A DNA stretch of 29,435 bases from Octopus sinensis (Eukaryota). Within the stretch, counting starts at the first letter, position 1. Every line of letters begins with the position of its first letter. Of the stretch, positions 1 through 9,694 are shown in pieces. The position numbers and the translations under genes are program-made. The notes below the pieces were generated by a model. It made no database searches. It was not told where the DNA came from and was given only the letters and a program-made list of their open reading frames with translations. The stretch lies in NCBI RefSeq assembly GCF_006345805.1, contig NW_021833128.1, positions 1 through 29,435 of the forward strand, written 5' to 3'.

Positions 1-421
1 AACTGATTCTGAATACATCATAAATAACCAACCTTATGTAGCGAAGACGAACAACAACTGTTCACTCGGCCAAGGCCAACATGGAATGTTTATAAATCAT
101 TATCCGGTAAATGGCGGGCTTTTTACGAACTGCATGTCGGGTAATGAAAAGTATTTCGGAATAAGTTTAACAATTAAGGATAATCTCTTAATAAGGGATC
201 TTAACAAGAAATTATCGGGTAGCTAGCGTGAAAACCTCATAAAGAAAAGAATCCGAAAATAATTTTTTCCTTTTGAACAAATTAATTATATCTATATTGT
301 ATAAAGGGCATTATTACACATAAATGCCTCACACTAGAGGGACAAAGTCATTACTACCAAAATTATACTAATCATACCCAAATGCAGTTTCTTCAAAGCA
401 AGACATTTAAAAATGAATTAT

Positions 422-477
422 GTTCTGTATCACCGTGATTTCACATACAACTTGCGTCTAATGATCGTCAGCAGAAC
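422..477 (-). ncRNA. Minimal type I hammerhead ribozyme, copy 1
   Basis: Minus strand reads GUUCUG-CUGACGA-UCAUUAGACGCAAGUUGUAUGU-GAAA-UCACGGUGA-UA-CAGAAC. This gives a perfect 6-bp stem I, CUGANGA and GAAA cores, stem II with a GCAA tetraloop, palindromic stem III and an AUA triplet. Predicted cut is between + positions 427 and 428. Confidence 0.85.
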
Positions 478-897
478 TGATTCTGAATACATCATAAATA
501 AACCAACCTTATGTAGCGAAGACGAACAGACAACTGTTCACTCCGGCCAAGCACATGGAATGTTTTTATAATCATATATCCGGTAAATGGCGGGCTTTTT
601 ACGAACTGCATGTCGGGTAATGAAAAGTATTTCGGAATAAGTTTAACAATAAGGATAATCTCTTAATAAGGGATCTTAACAAGAAATTATCGGGTAGCTA
701 GCGTGAAAACCTCATAAAAGAAAAGAATCCGAAAATAATTTTTTTCTTTTGAACAAATTAATTATATCTATATTGTATAAAGGGCATTATTACACATAAA
801 TGCCTCACACTAGGAGGGACAAGTCATTACTACCAAAAATTATACTAATCATACCCAAATGCAGTTCTTCAAAGCAAGACATTTAAAAATGAATTAT

Positions 898-953
898 GTT
901 CTGTATCACCGTGATTTCACATACAACTTGCGTCTAATGATCGTCAGCAGAAC
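898..953 (-). ncRNA. Hammerhead ribozyme, copy 2
   Basis: Same 56-nt motif as copy 1. Confidence 0.85.
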
Positions 954-1369
954 TGATTCTGAATACACATCATAAATAAACCAACCTTATGTAGCGAAGA
1001 CGAACAGACAACTGTTCACTCCGGCCAAGCACATGGAATGTTATAAATCATATATCCGGTAAATGGCGGGCTTTTTACGAACTGCATGTCGGGTAGAAAG
1101 TATTTCGGAATAAGTTTAACAATTAAGGATAATCTCTTAATAAGGGATCTTAACAAGAAATTATCGGGTAGCTAGCGTGAAAACCTCATAAAAGAAAAGA
1201 ATCCGAAAATAATTTTTTCTTTTGAACAAATTAATATATCTATATTGTATAAGGGCATTATTACACATAAATGCCTCACACTAGGAGGGACAAAGTCATT
1301 ACTACCAAAAATATACTAATCATACCCAAATGCAGTTTTTTCAAAGCAAGACATTTAAAAATGAATTAT

Positions 1370-1426
1370 GTTCTGTATCACCGTGATTTCACATACAACT
1401 TGCGTCTAATGATCGTCAGCAGAAAC
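1370..1426 (-). ncRNA. Hammerhead ribozyme, copy 3 (1-nt insertion in stem I)
   Basis: Same motif, with CAGAAAC instead of CAGAAC on the + strand. Confidence 0.8.
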
Positions 1427-1845
1427 TGATTCTGAATACATCATAAATAAACCAACCTTATGTAGCGAAGACGAACAGACAACTGTTCACTCCGGCCAAG
1501 CACATGGAATGTTTATAAATCATATATCCGGTAAATGGCGGGCTTTTTACGAACTGCATGTCGGGTAATGAAAAGTATTTCGGAATAAGTTTAACAATTA
1601 AGGATAATCTCTTAATAAGGGATCTTAACAAGAAATTATCGGGTAGCTAGCGTGAAAACCTCATAAAAGAAAAGAATCCGAAAATAATTTTTTTCTTTTG
1701 AACAAATTAATTATATCTATATTGTATAAGGGCATTATTACACATAAATGCCTCACACTAGGAGGGACAAGTCATTACTACAACCAAATTATACTAATCA
1801 TACCCAAATGCAGTTTTTCAAAGCAAGACATTTAAAATGAATTAT

Positions 1846-1901
1846 GTTCTGTATCACCGTGATTTCACATACAACTTGCGTCTAATGATCGTCAGCAGAA
1901 C
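1846..1901 (-). ncRNA. Hammerhead ribozyme, copy 4
   Basis: Same 56-nt motif. Confidence 0.85.
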
Positions 1902-2321
1902 TGATTCTGAATACATCATAAATAAACCAACCTTATGTAGCGAAGACGAACAGACAACTGTTCACTCCGGCCAAGCACATGGAATGTTTATAAATCATAT
2001 ATCCGGTAAATGGCGGGCTTTTTACGAACTGCATGTCGGGTAATGAAAAGTATTTCGGAATAAGTTTAACAATTAAGGATAATCTCTTAATAAGGGATCT
2101 TAACAAGAAATTATCGGGTAGCTAGCGTGAAAACCTCATAAAAGAAAAGATCCGAAAATAATTTTTTTCTTTTGAACAAATTAATTATATCTATATTGTA
2201 TAAAGGGCATTATTACACATAAATGCCTCACACTAGGAGGGACAAAGTCATTACTACCAAAAATTATACTAATCATACCCAAATGCAGTTTTTCAAAGCA
2301 AGACATTTAAAAATGAATTAT

Positions 2322-2377
2322 GTTCTGTATCACCGTGATTTCACATACAACTTGCGTCTAATGATCGTCAGCAGAAC
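2322..2377 (-). ncRNA. Hammerhead ribozyme, copy 5
   Basis: Same 56-nt motif. Confidence 0.85.
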
Positions 2378-2797
2378 TGATTCTGAATACTCATAATAAA
2401 TAAACCAACCTTATGTAGCGAAGACGAACAGACAACTGTTCACTCCGGCCAAGCACATGGAATGTTTATAAATCATATATCCGGTAAATGGCGGGCTTTT
2501 TAACGAACTGCATGTCGGGTAATGAAAAGTATTTCGGAATAAGTTTAACAATTAAGGATAATCTCTTAATAAGGGATCTTAACAAGAAATTATCGGGTAG
2601 CTAGCGTGAAAACCTCATAAAAGAAAAGAATCCGAAAATAATTTTTTTTTGAACAAATTAATTATATCTATTTGTATAAAGGGCATTATTACACATAAAT
2701 GCCTCACACTAGGAGGGACAAAGTCATTACTACCAAAATTATACTAATCATACCCAAATGCAGTTCTTTCAAAGCAAAACATTTAAAAATGAATTAT

Positions 2798-2853
2798 GTT
2801 CTGTATCACCGTGATTTCACATACAACTTGCGTCTAATGATCGTCAGCAGAAC
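2798..2853 (-). ncRNA. Hammerhead ribozyme, copy 6
   Basis: Same 56-nt motif. Confidence 0.85.
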
Positions 2854-3267
2854 TGATTCTGAATACATCATAAATAACCAACCTTATGTAGCGAAGACGA
2901 ACAGACAACTGTTCACTCCGGCCAAGCACATGGAATGTTTATAAATCATATATCCGGTAAATGGCGGGCTTTTTACGAACTGCATGTCGGGTAATGAAAA
3001 GTATTTCGGAATAAGTTTAACAATTAAGGATAATCTCTTAATAAGGGATCTTAACAAGAAATTATCGGTAGCTAGCGTGAAAACCTCATAAAGAAAAAAA
3101 TCCGAAATAATTTTTTTCTTTGGAACAAATTAATTATATCTATATTGTATAAAGGGCATTATTACACATAAATGCCTCACACTAGGAGGGACAAAGTCAT
3201 TACTACCAAAAATTATACTAATCATACCAAATGCAGTTCTTCAAAGCAAGACTTTAAAATGAATTAT

Positions 3268-3324
3268 GTTCTGTATCACCGTGATTTCACATACAACTGT
3301 GCGTCTAATGATCGTCAGCAGAAC
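3268..3324 (-). ncRNA. Hammerhead ribozyme, copy 7 (1-nt insertion in stem-loop II)
   Basis: Same motif, with AACTGTGCG instead of AACTTGCG on the + strand. Confidence 0.8.
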
Positions 3325-3617
3325 TGATTCTGAATACATCATAAATAAACCAACCTTATGTAGCGAAGACGAACGACAACTGTTCACTCCGCCCAAGCAC
3401 ATGGAATGTTTATAAATCATATATCCGGTAAATGGCGGGCTTTATAACGAACTGCATGTCGGGTAATGAAAATATTTCGGAATAAGTTAACAATTAAGGA
3501 TAATCTCTTAATAAGGGATCTTAACAAGAAATTATCGGGTGAGCTAGCGTGAAAACCTCATAAAAGAAAAGAATCCGAAAATAATTTTTCCTTTTGAACA
3601 AATTATTATATCTATAT

Positions 3618-3787
3618 TGTATAAAGGGCATTATTATTACACATAAATGCCTCACACTAGGAGGGACAAAGTCATTACTAACCCAAAAATTATACTAATC
3701 ATTTGGGTATGATTAGTATATTTTTGGTAGTAATGACTTTGTCCCTCCTAGTGTGAGGCATTTATGTGTAATAATGCCCTTTATACA
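3618..3787. repeat. Fold-back palindrome terminating the array
   Basis: 3701-3787 (ATTTGGGTATGATTAGTATA...GCCCTTTATACA) is the reverse complement of the unit segment TGTATAAAGGGC...ATACTAATCATACCCAAAT. Confidence 0.95.
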
Positions 3788-3822
3788 TATTTATATATAT
3801 ATAATATAATATATATACCTAC

Positions 3823-3853
<31 letters not shown>

Positions 3854-3880
3854 CATATATATTTAAATATATATCTATAT

Positions 3881-4005
3881 TAAATTTAAAATACTCCGGT
3901 GAGAATTGAAATTATTTGATTGATTTATTGAAACCAGTGGTGGTAGCATACAAGACCATAGCTGATCTTCTTTTAGCAAAATGGATGTCCACTGTAATGG
4001 TTCAT
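3881..4005. repeat. ~125-bp interspersed repeat, left arm of an inverted pair with 5847-5978
   Basis: AAACCAGTGGTGGTAGCATACAAGACCATAGCTGATCTTCTTTTAGCAAAATGGATGTCCACTG is the reverse complement of the segment within 5847-5978. A more diverged relative lies at ~21923-21995. Confidence 0.85.
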
Positions 4006-4063
4006 ATATATATATATGTCATATATAATATATAATATATAATATATATATACATATATATAG

Positions 4064-4096
<33 letters not shown>

Positions 4097-4290
4097 CATA
4101 CATACATTTATATATATGTAAAATATACATATGTATGCATATATATATATATATGCATCATATGTATATATTTTACATGATATAATATATAATTATATAT
4201 ATCTATCTATATATAATTATATATATATATCTATATATATATATATATATAATATATATATGATATAGATATCTGCCTACATATGTATTA
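4006..4290. repeat. Imperfect (TA)n microsatellite
   Basis: Visible TA repeats; similar tracts lie at 3788-3880 and 4508-4687. Confidence 0.9.
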
Positions 4291-4601
4291 TCTACACCAC
4301 ACACCACACACACATTATCCATTTTTCGCGGTGTTTTCATCTTCAGATGTTCTCCCTGGAGGTAAGACTGTTTTTTTCTCTATTTTGTTGCACACACACA
4401 CGCATTTTTACTATACATACGCGGTGAGTACACTTTAGCGTCGTATTTTTACGTTCGCTATTTCCAGTAAATATCGTACTTAGTTGTGCCATTTATTTAC
4501 TAATTTGTATATATATATATATATATATATATATACTATAGATATTATATATATATGATATATATATATTTATATAATAATATTTATATATATATATATT
4601 A

Positions 4602-4645
<44 letters not shown>

Positions 4646-4687
4646 AACATATATACATATATTATATATACATATATATATTATACA

Positions 4688-5541
4688 TCTTTATATATAT
4701 AAAACTGAGAATTGTGTCTGTCTGTCTGTGTGTTTCCCTAAACCTTGAGAACTACACAACCAATTTTATTCAAATTTTACATATGCCTTACTTACGGTCC
4801 GGGGAGTGTCATCGGCAAAAAAATTTAACTTTTTGCCAAGAACGAGCCCACAGCAATATCATATCTTCTCCACTACGATTCCCTAAAACTTGAGAACTAC
4901 ACAACGAATTTCATTCAAATTTTACACATGCCTTACTTAGGGTCCATGTAGTTTCATAGGCAAAAAAGTGTTCAATTTCTTGCCTAGAGCGAGCCCATCG
5001 CAATATCATATCTTCTCCACTATTTCAGTATTACGTGTTAAAAGTGAAACAAAAATATTTCTCTATTTTATGTCAGATGCTTTCACTTTAACAATAAAAA
5101 AATAATAATAATTGAATTATATGTAGTAATTAATAATCAAAATCAAACTAGAGTATAATATAAGTAAATATAGCAATTGGTATAAAATTGCATCAGTGAT
5201 TTGAACTTGAATAAGTGGTTTCACATGAATGGGAATAAATTGAAAATAAAATTAGCGTGCAGAAATGGAATAGTCCAGATGGATAATAAAAAATTAAATT
5301 AAAGAAAAGACTATTGTCTATAAAGTATACAATGTAGAGAAAAAAGAAGAGCTAACAATTCCAGTCTATTATATATTTTGAGTATTGTTATCACTAGCGA
5401 TATCAAAATATAACTTTGTATTTTGCATTTTATGTGTAGATGTATATATATATAGATGTACATGTAATATGTACACATATATATACACATATATACATGC
5501 ACTAGCACTATGACCCGGCAACGACGGGTCTTTAATGCTAG
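4688..5541 (+). mobile_element. Non-autonomous Helitron copy 1 (internal ~145-bp tandem duplication)
   Basis: 5' end A|TCTTTATATATATAAAACTGAGAA...(TGTC)n. 3' hairpin GACCCG-GCAACGA-CGGGTC followed by CTAG (5538-5541). 4735-4877 is duplicated at ~4878-5022. Confidence 0.7.
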
Positions 5542-5810
5542 TCTTCTATATATATAAAACTGAGAATGTGTGTCTGTCTGTCTGTCTGTGTGAATCCCTA
5601 AAACTTGAGAATTACACAACCAATTTCATTCAAATTTTACACATGCCTTACTTAGGGTCCATGTAGTGCCATGGGCAAAGAAAACTTCTAACTTCTTGCC
5701 TAGGACGAGCCTACAACAATATCATAACTTCTCCACTATTTCAGTATTACGTGTTAAAAGTGAAACAAAAACATCTCTCTATTGTAATGCCAGATACTTT
5801 CACTTTAATA
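5542..5810 (+). mobile_element. Helitron copy 2, 5' portion (same family, starts directly after CTAG)
   Basis: TCTTCTATATATATAAAACTGAGAATGTGTGTCTGTCTG... matches copy 1 through TTCACTTTAA. Confidence 0.75.
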
Positions 5811-5846
5811 CTGAAACTATTAAAGTCAAACTATTATATAAGAGGG

Positions 5847-5978
5847 ATGAACCATTAACAGTGGACATCCATTTTGCTAAAAGAAGATCCGCTATGGTCT
5901 TGTATGCTACACCACTGGTTTTCAATTCATATCAATCAAATTAATATTCAATTTCTCAACCTTATTATTTAAAATTTA
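5847..5978. repeat. Right arm of the inverted pair with 3881-4005
   Basis: ATGAACCATTAACAGTGGACATCCATTTTGCTAAAAGAAGATCCGCTATGGTCTTGTATGCTAC... Confidence 0.85.
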
Positions 5979-5984
5979 AATTTA

Positions 5985-6041
5985 AACCCAGAACCATGTG
6001 TTTTGGAACGAAGTTTGTTACCACACAGCCACACCTGCACC
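5985..6041 (-). mobile_element. tRNA-derived SINE head fragment
   Basis: Reverse complement GGTGCAGGTGTGGCTGTGTGGTAACAAACTTCGTTCCAAAACACATGGTTCTGGG is the head of the family at 25280. Confidence 0.8.
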
Positions 6042-6156
6042 TATGTAAGTGTGTGTGTGTGTGAGTGTGTATAGCTGTATATGTATACATTTATTTCTAT
6101 ACATAAAGATGTATATGTATACATGTATATGAGTAGTATATGCATATTATATATAT

Positions 6157-6199
<43 letters not shown>

Positions 6200-6258
6200 T
6201 GTACACATATATATTCACATATATACATGCATACATATATACACCATACACACACACA

Positions 6259-6578
6259 GGTGCAGGTGTAGCTGTGTGGTAACAAACTTTGTTCCAAAGC
6301 ACATGGTCCTCAGTTCAGTCCCACTGTGTAGTGACTTGGCATGTGTCTTCTGCTATAGCCTTAGACCAACTAAAGCCTTGTCAGTGGATTTTGTAGACAG
6401 AAACTGAAAGAAATCAATCGTATATATATGTATGTATATATGTAAGTGAGTGTGTGTGTCTTTGTGTTTCTCCCAAATCACTGCCTCACAACTGGTGTTC
6501 GTTTATATACATCCCCATAACTTACTGGTTTCACAAGAAGAAACTGATAGAATAAGTACCAGGCTTATCAAAATAAAA
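6259..6578 (+). mobile_element. tRNA-derived SINE (diverged copy of the 25280 family)
   Basis: A-box/B-box-like head, AAAGCCTTGTCAGTGGATTTTGTAGACAGAAACTGAAAGAA, internal microsatellite and GATAGAATAAGTACCAGGCTT. Confidence 0.85.
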
Positions 6579-6732
6579 AAAACCACTAGGCAGTATCTCA
6601 TATTTTCGTTAGCCCGCACAATTTATCTTTGTGTGAGTGTATATATATATATATATATAATACACACACACGCACGCACGCATACGCACGTACGCATATA
6701 TATATATACATGTATGTATATGTTTACATTCA

Positions 6733-8408
6733 TATTTATTATATCAAAGACAATGTCTTTATGTGTTCGTGTATTACTTATACATTAGAAAATTGCTGCA
6801 CCGATCATAATGAAATTTGGAACACAAAATCCTAGCCTAGGGAAAAGGGTAATGCTGTGTGTTTCATACGTCATGGACCAAAATTACTGAATGGATCCTT
6901 ATCATATTTGAAACTTAGATTCAATGCATAAGGGCGGGTATAATGCAATATGTTTGGTTTGAATTTCAGATGGCTTAAAGGGGGCAGAACCCCCAAGGAA
7001 ATTCATACATTTTCGATGTTAATGAAATTTCAACCATGGGCAATTGACACACATCAAGAAGTATTCTCTAAGTTTCCACTTCACATGAAGATTCTAAGAC
7101 ACCCAAATGGGGGCATTAACTCCCAAATTTTAGTCATTTCTTTTTTTATCCAAATCTAGGTCAAAAGTACTGATTGGATCTTTATGAAAATTGGAAATTA
7201 TATTCTATGCATAGGGGCCATAACCCCCATGACAATTCATATATTTTTGCTGTTGAGGAAATTTTAACCAAAGATATTAGTCACAAATGAAGTAATATTT
7301 ATAAAATTTCGTCTTCTTACAAGTTATAAAGACACCTCCATGGGGACTTAACACCCACAATTTTGTCATTTTATCAAAGAAAAAACGAATACAGTTGTGC
7401 TCTTGGAAGCTGTAGGGTTACCCGAGCATAAAAGTTGAGCATTATTTCTGATTCAATGGTACAACAATGTAACAGTTTGCTTTGACATACACTTACATTG
7501 TGATTTCTGCAATGTGCTGCATAAATTGTCAAGTAAATGAGAGGCATCTTTGCCTCCACTGATTCAGTTGCAAAGTGTTGAGTAAAGTTATTTGATTTCA
7601 GACCTCCTTTCAGTCTTTTTATTATCACTCGGTCACACATAGTCCCCACATGATAACATTGATTTCAAGGCCTTCCCAGATGAGTGACTGGTTATTCAAA
7701 GACATTTATAGATTGTAAATTTATTCTGTCCAGTTATATATCAGTATAGTGGTCATTTGCAAACTCCAACTTTCATTTCTCCTTAGCCCACACGTCAGAT
7801 AGTTGTTAATGTCTATTTCAGTTGGGTCACGCCCTTCCAATTGCTATAAATTCGTAATGCATCTTACTGCTGTGCCTGTCACCTGGATGGTGAGGAATCC
7901 TACATTGGGAGTGGTAACGTCTAGGGTACTGTAGCTGACTGCTTATTGTGATTATTCGTCTTTTGGTTTCCTGTAGCTTCGCTCTCTTTTACAAACCCAG
8001 TGAACATATATTTCCTATTTCAAAGAAATTCAAACAATAGATATAAAAGACCCAAGTAAAAAAGATTCTCAACAATTCAACTTCTGTGGTTGATATTAAG
8101 ATGCCCCCCCCAACAGGGGCCTTAACTCTCACATTTTGAGCTCTATGACCTTCATTTCTCAGGAGCAAAATCTTTTTAAACAGGTTCAATAAACTGGAAT
8201 TTTGGAATATGCGCATAAAAATCAGTAATATGGGATATATGTGGCACGATTACAATCTTTTGGGGGTTTGTAAAGAGGGAAATAACCTTCATCTGCAATT
8301 TTGATGAAATTTGAAACATAGATATTCCAGTTCATTAGAGAAAATATAACAGAAAAGTCTAATTCTTCAATTGTATGTAACACGGGCAACGCCGGGTATC
8401 TCTGCTAG
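6733..8408 (+). mobile_element. Non-autonomous Helitron with internal diverged repeats
   Basis: 3' end CACGGGCAACGCCGGG hairpin plus TATCTCTGCTAG|T. 5' part resembles Helitron starts (TTTATTATATCAAAG...GCACCGATC...ATGAAATTTGG). Diverged repeats at ~6885-7140 and ~7168-7373. The 5' boundary is uncertain. Confidence 0.6.
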
Positions 8409-8471
8409 TATGTATATATATATATATATATATGCATGTGTATATGTATATGTGTATATATAATAAATGCT

Positions 8472-8503
<32 letters not shown>

Positions 8504-8505
8504 TG

Positions 8506-8537
<32 letters not shown>

Positions 8538-8540
8538 TGA
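8409..8540. repeat. (TA)n/(TATG)n microsatellite
   Basis: Direct observation. Confidence 0.9.
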
Positions 8541-8948
8541 TTGTGTGGATATTGCAAAAATCAGAAATGACTGGAAAAAACGGTACCATAATAGGACAAG
8601 AAAACTTTGAAGCACAAAGAATACTTCATTACAACCAGTTGCATGAAGACAGAAAGTGAAATTATCGATATACGAATAATATTACGAACTATCAGTGTCC
8701 CAGTAGTGACTTCGCCGCCAGCACAAATGCTGGCTTATCTAGCCATCCGTTGCTCATTTTGCTGAAAGTAGCGTAAGCCCGGTACATGCAATTTGTTATC
8801 GACTGAGTAACACACCTCCAGGGCTGAAAATATATATACGTAGTCATCAAATTGAATAAAACTCTTTGTACATATTAAAATTGTAAGTAATGAAAACGAA
8901 TTAGCTATATTGTAGAATGTTTACCTGTATATTCTTGAATTATAAATA

Positions 8949-9155
8949 TTGATCTCAAATTTTGGCAGAAAGCCAGCAATTTTGGAGAAGCTGGTATATC
9001 GATTATATTGATCCCGTTGTTCAACTGGTGCATCTTTTATCGACTCTGGAGGAATAAAAGTCAAAGTCGACCTCGGTGGAATTTGAACTCAGAATGTGAA
9101 GACGATGAGTACTTTGTTGTCCCGCGTGTTAACGATTCTGTCGACTTGCCGCCTT
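8949..9155 (-). mobile_element. SINE (family of 12162), diverged
   Basis: AAAGTCGACCTCGGTGGAATTTGAACTCAGAA is the reverse complement of the family core; ends TTGCCGCCTT. Confidence 0.85.
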
Positions 9156-9169
9156 GCTTAAATTATAAA

Positions 9170-9382
9170 TAACAAAAATTCAGTAAAAAAAAAAACAGGA
9201 AAAATAATCTTGAATGCTTGTCCGGTACCGGATCGATCCCAAAATCTAATCAGCTCGTGCCAGTCACGAGGTCAAACACCTCCGAAAGTTTCATCCGAAT
9301 CCATCCAGCGGTTCTTCACATATCTTGTCCATGGACAAACAAATACGACTGAAAACAATACCTCCGCCTTCGCTAAGTTAAC
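9170..9382 (+). mobile_element. Short Helentron/DINE-like non-autonomous element
   Basis: AAGTTTCATCCGAATCCATCCAGCGGTTCTT...ACAAACAAA...AAAACAATACCTCCGCCTTCG resembles HINE-type 3' ends (pattern recognition only). Confidence 0.45.
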
Positions 9383-9427
9383 TGCATTGTAGAAGTCTTA
9401 CCATTTCATAGTTAAATAGTAAATGAT

Positions 9428-9503
9428 TATTTCTACTCTAGGCACGAGGCCTTGAAAATTTTGGGGGAAGGGGAGTAGTGGATTACATCGACCCCAGTGT
9501 TTC
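9428..9503 (-). mobile_element. SINE 3' tail fragment (12162 family)
   Basis: TTTCTACTCTAGGCACGAGGCC...AAATTTTGGGGGAAGGGG is the reverse complement of the tail at ~12514-12559. Confidence 0.75.
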
Positions 9504-9506
9504 ACC

Positions 9507-9694
9507 CATCATTGCTTGACAACCGATGCTATTGTGTTTACGTCCCCGTAACTTAGCGGTTCGGCAAAAGAGACTGATAGAATAAGTACTAGGCTTACAA
9601 AGAATAAGTCCAAGGGTCGATTTGCTCGACTAAAAGGCGGTGCTCCAGGATGGCCACAGTCAAATGACTGAAACAAGTAAAGGAGTAAAAGAGA
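9507..9694 (+). mobile_element. SINE 3' half (25280 family)
   Basis: GCTTGACAACCGATGCT...CTTAGCGGTTCGGCAAAAGAGA...CAAATGACTGAAACAAGTAAA matches 25502-25676. Confidence 0.9.

Larger units (their letters stand above)
1..3702 (-). repeat. Tandem array of ~475-bp units (about 7.8 copies, runs off the left edge), each with a hammerhead ribozyme; retrozyme / Penelope pLTR-like concatemer
   Basis: The anchor AACTGATTCTGAATAC recurs at 1, 475, 951, 1424, 1899, 2375, 2851 and 3322 (period 471-476). Copies differ mostly by 1-3 nt indels. Strand is assigned from ribozyme orientation. Confidence 0.95.

Noticed and set aside
2095-2160. Second hammerhead or HDV-like motif in the unit (minus UUUAUGAGGUUUUCACGC...ACCCGAUAA)
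   Set aside because: Core nucleotides and required helices could not be assembled.
1837-2944. ORFs of 68 and 81 aa inside the array
   Set aside because: Frames are not preserved between copies, there is no recognisable domain, and they overlap the antisense ribozyme.
1-3702. CRISPR array or ordinary centromeric satellite
   Set aside because: No unique spacers and a eukaryotic context; the ribozyme and terminal inversion point to a retroelement origin.
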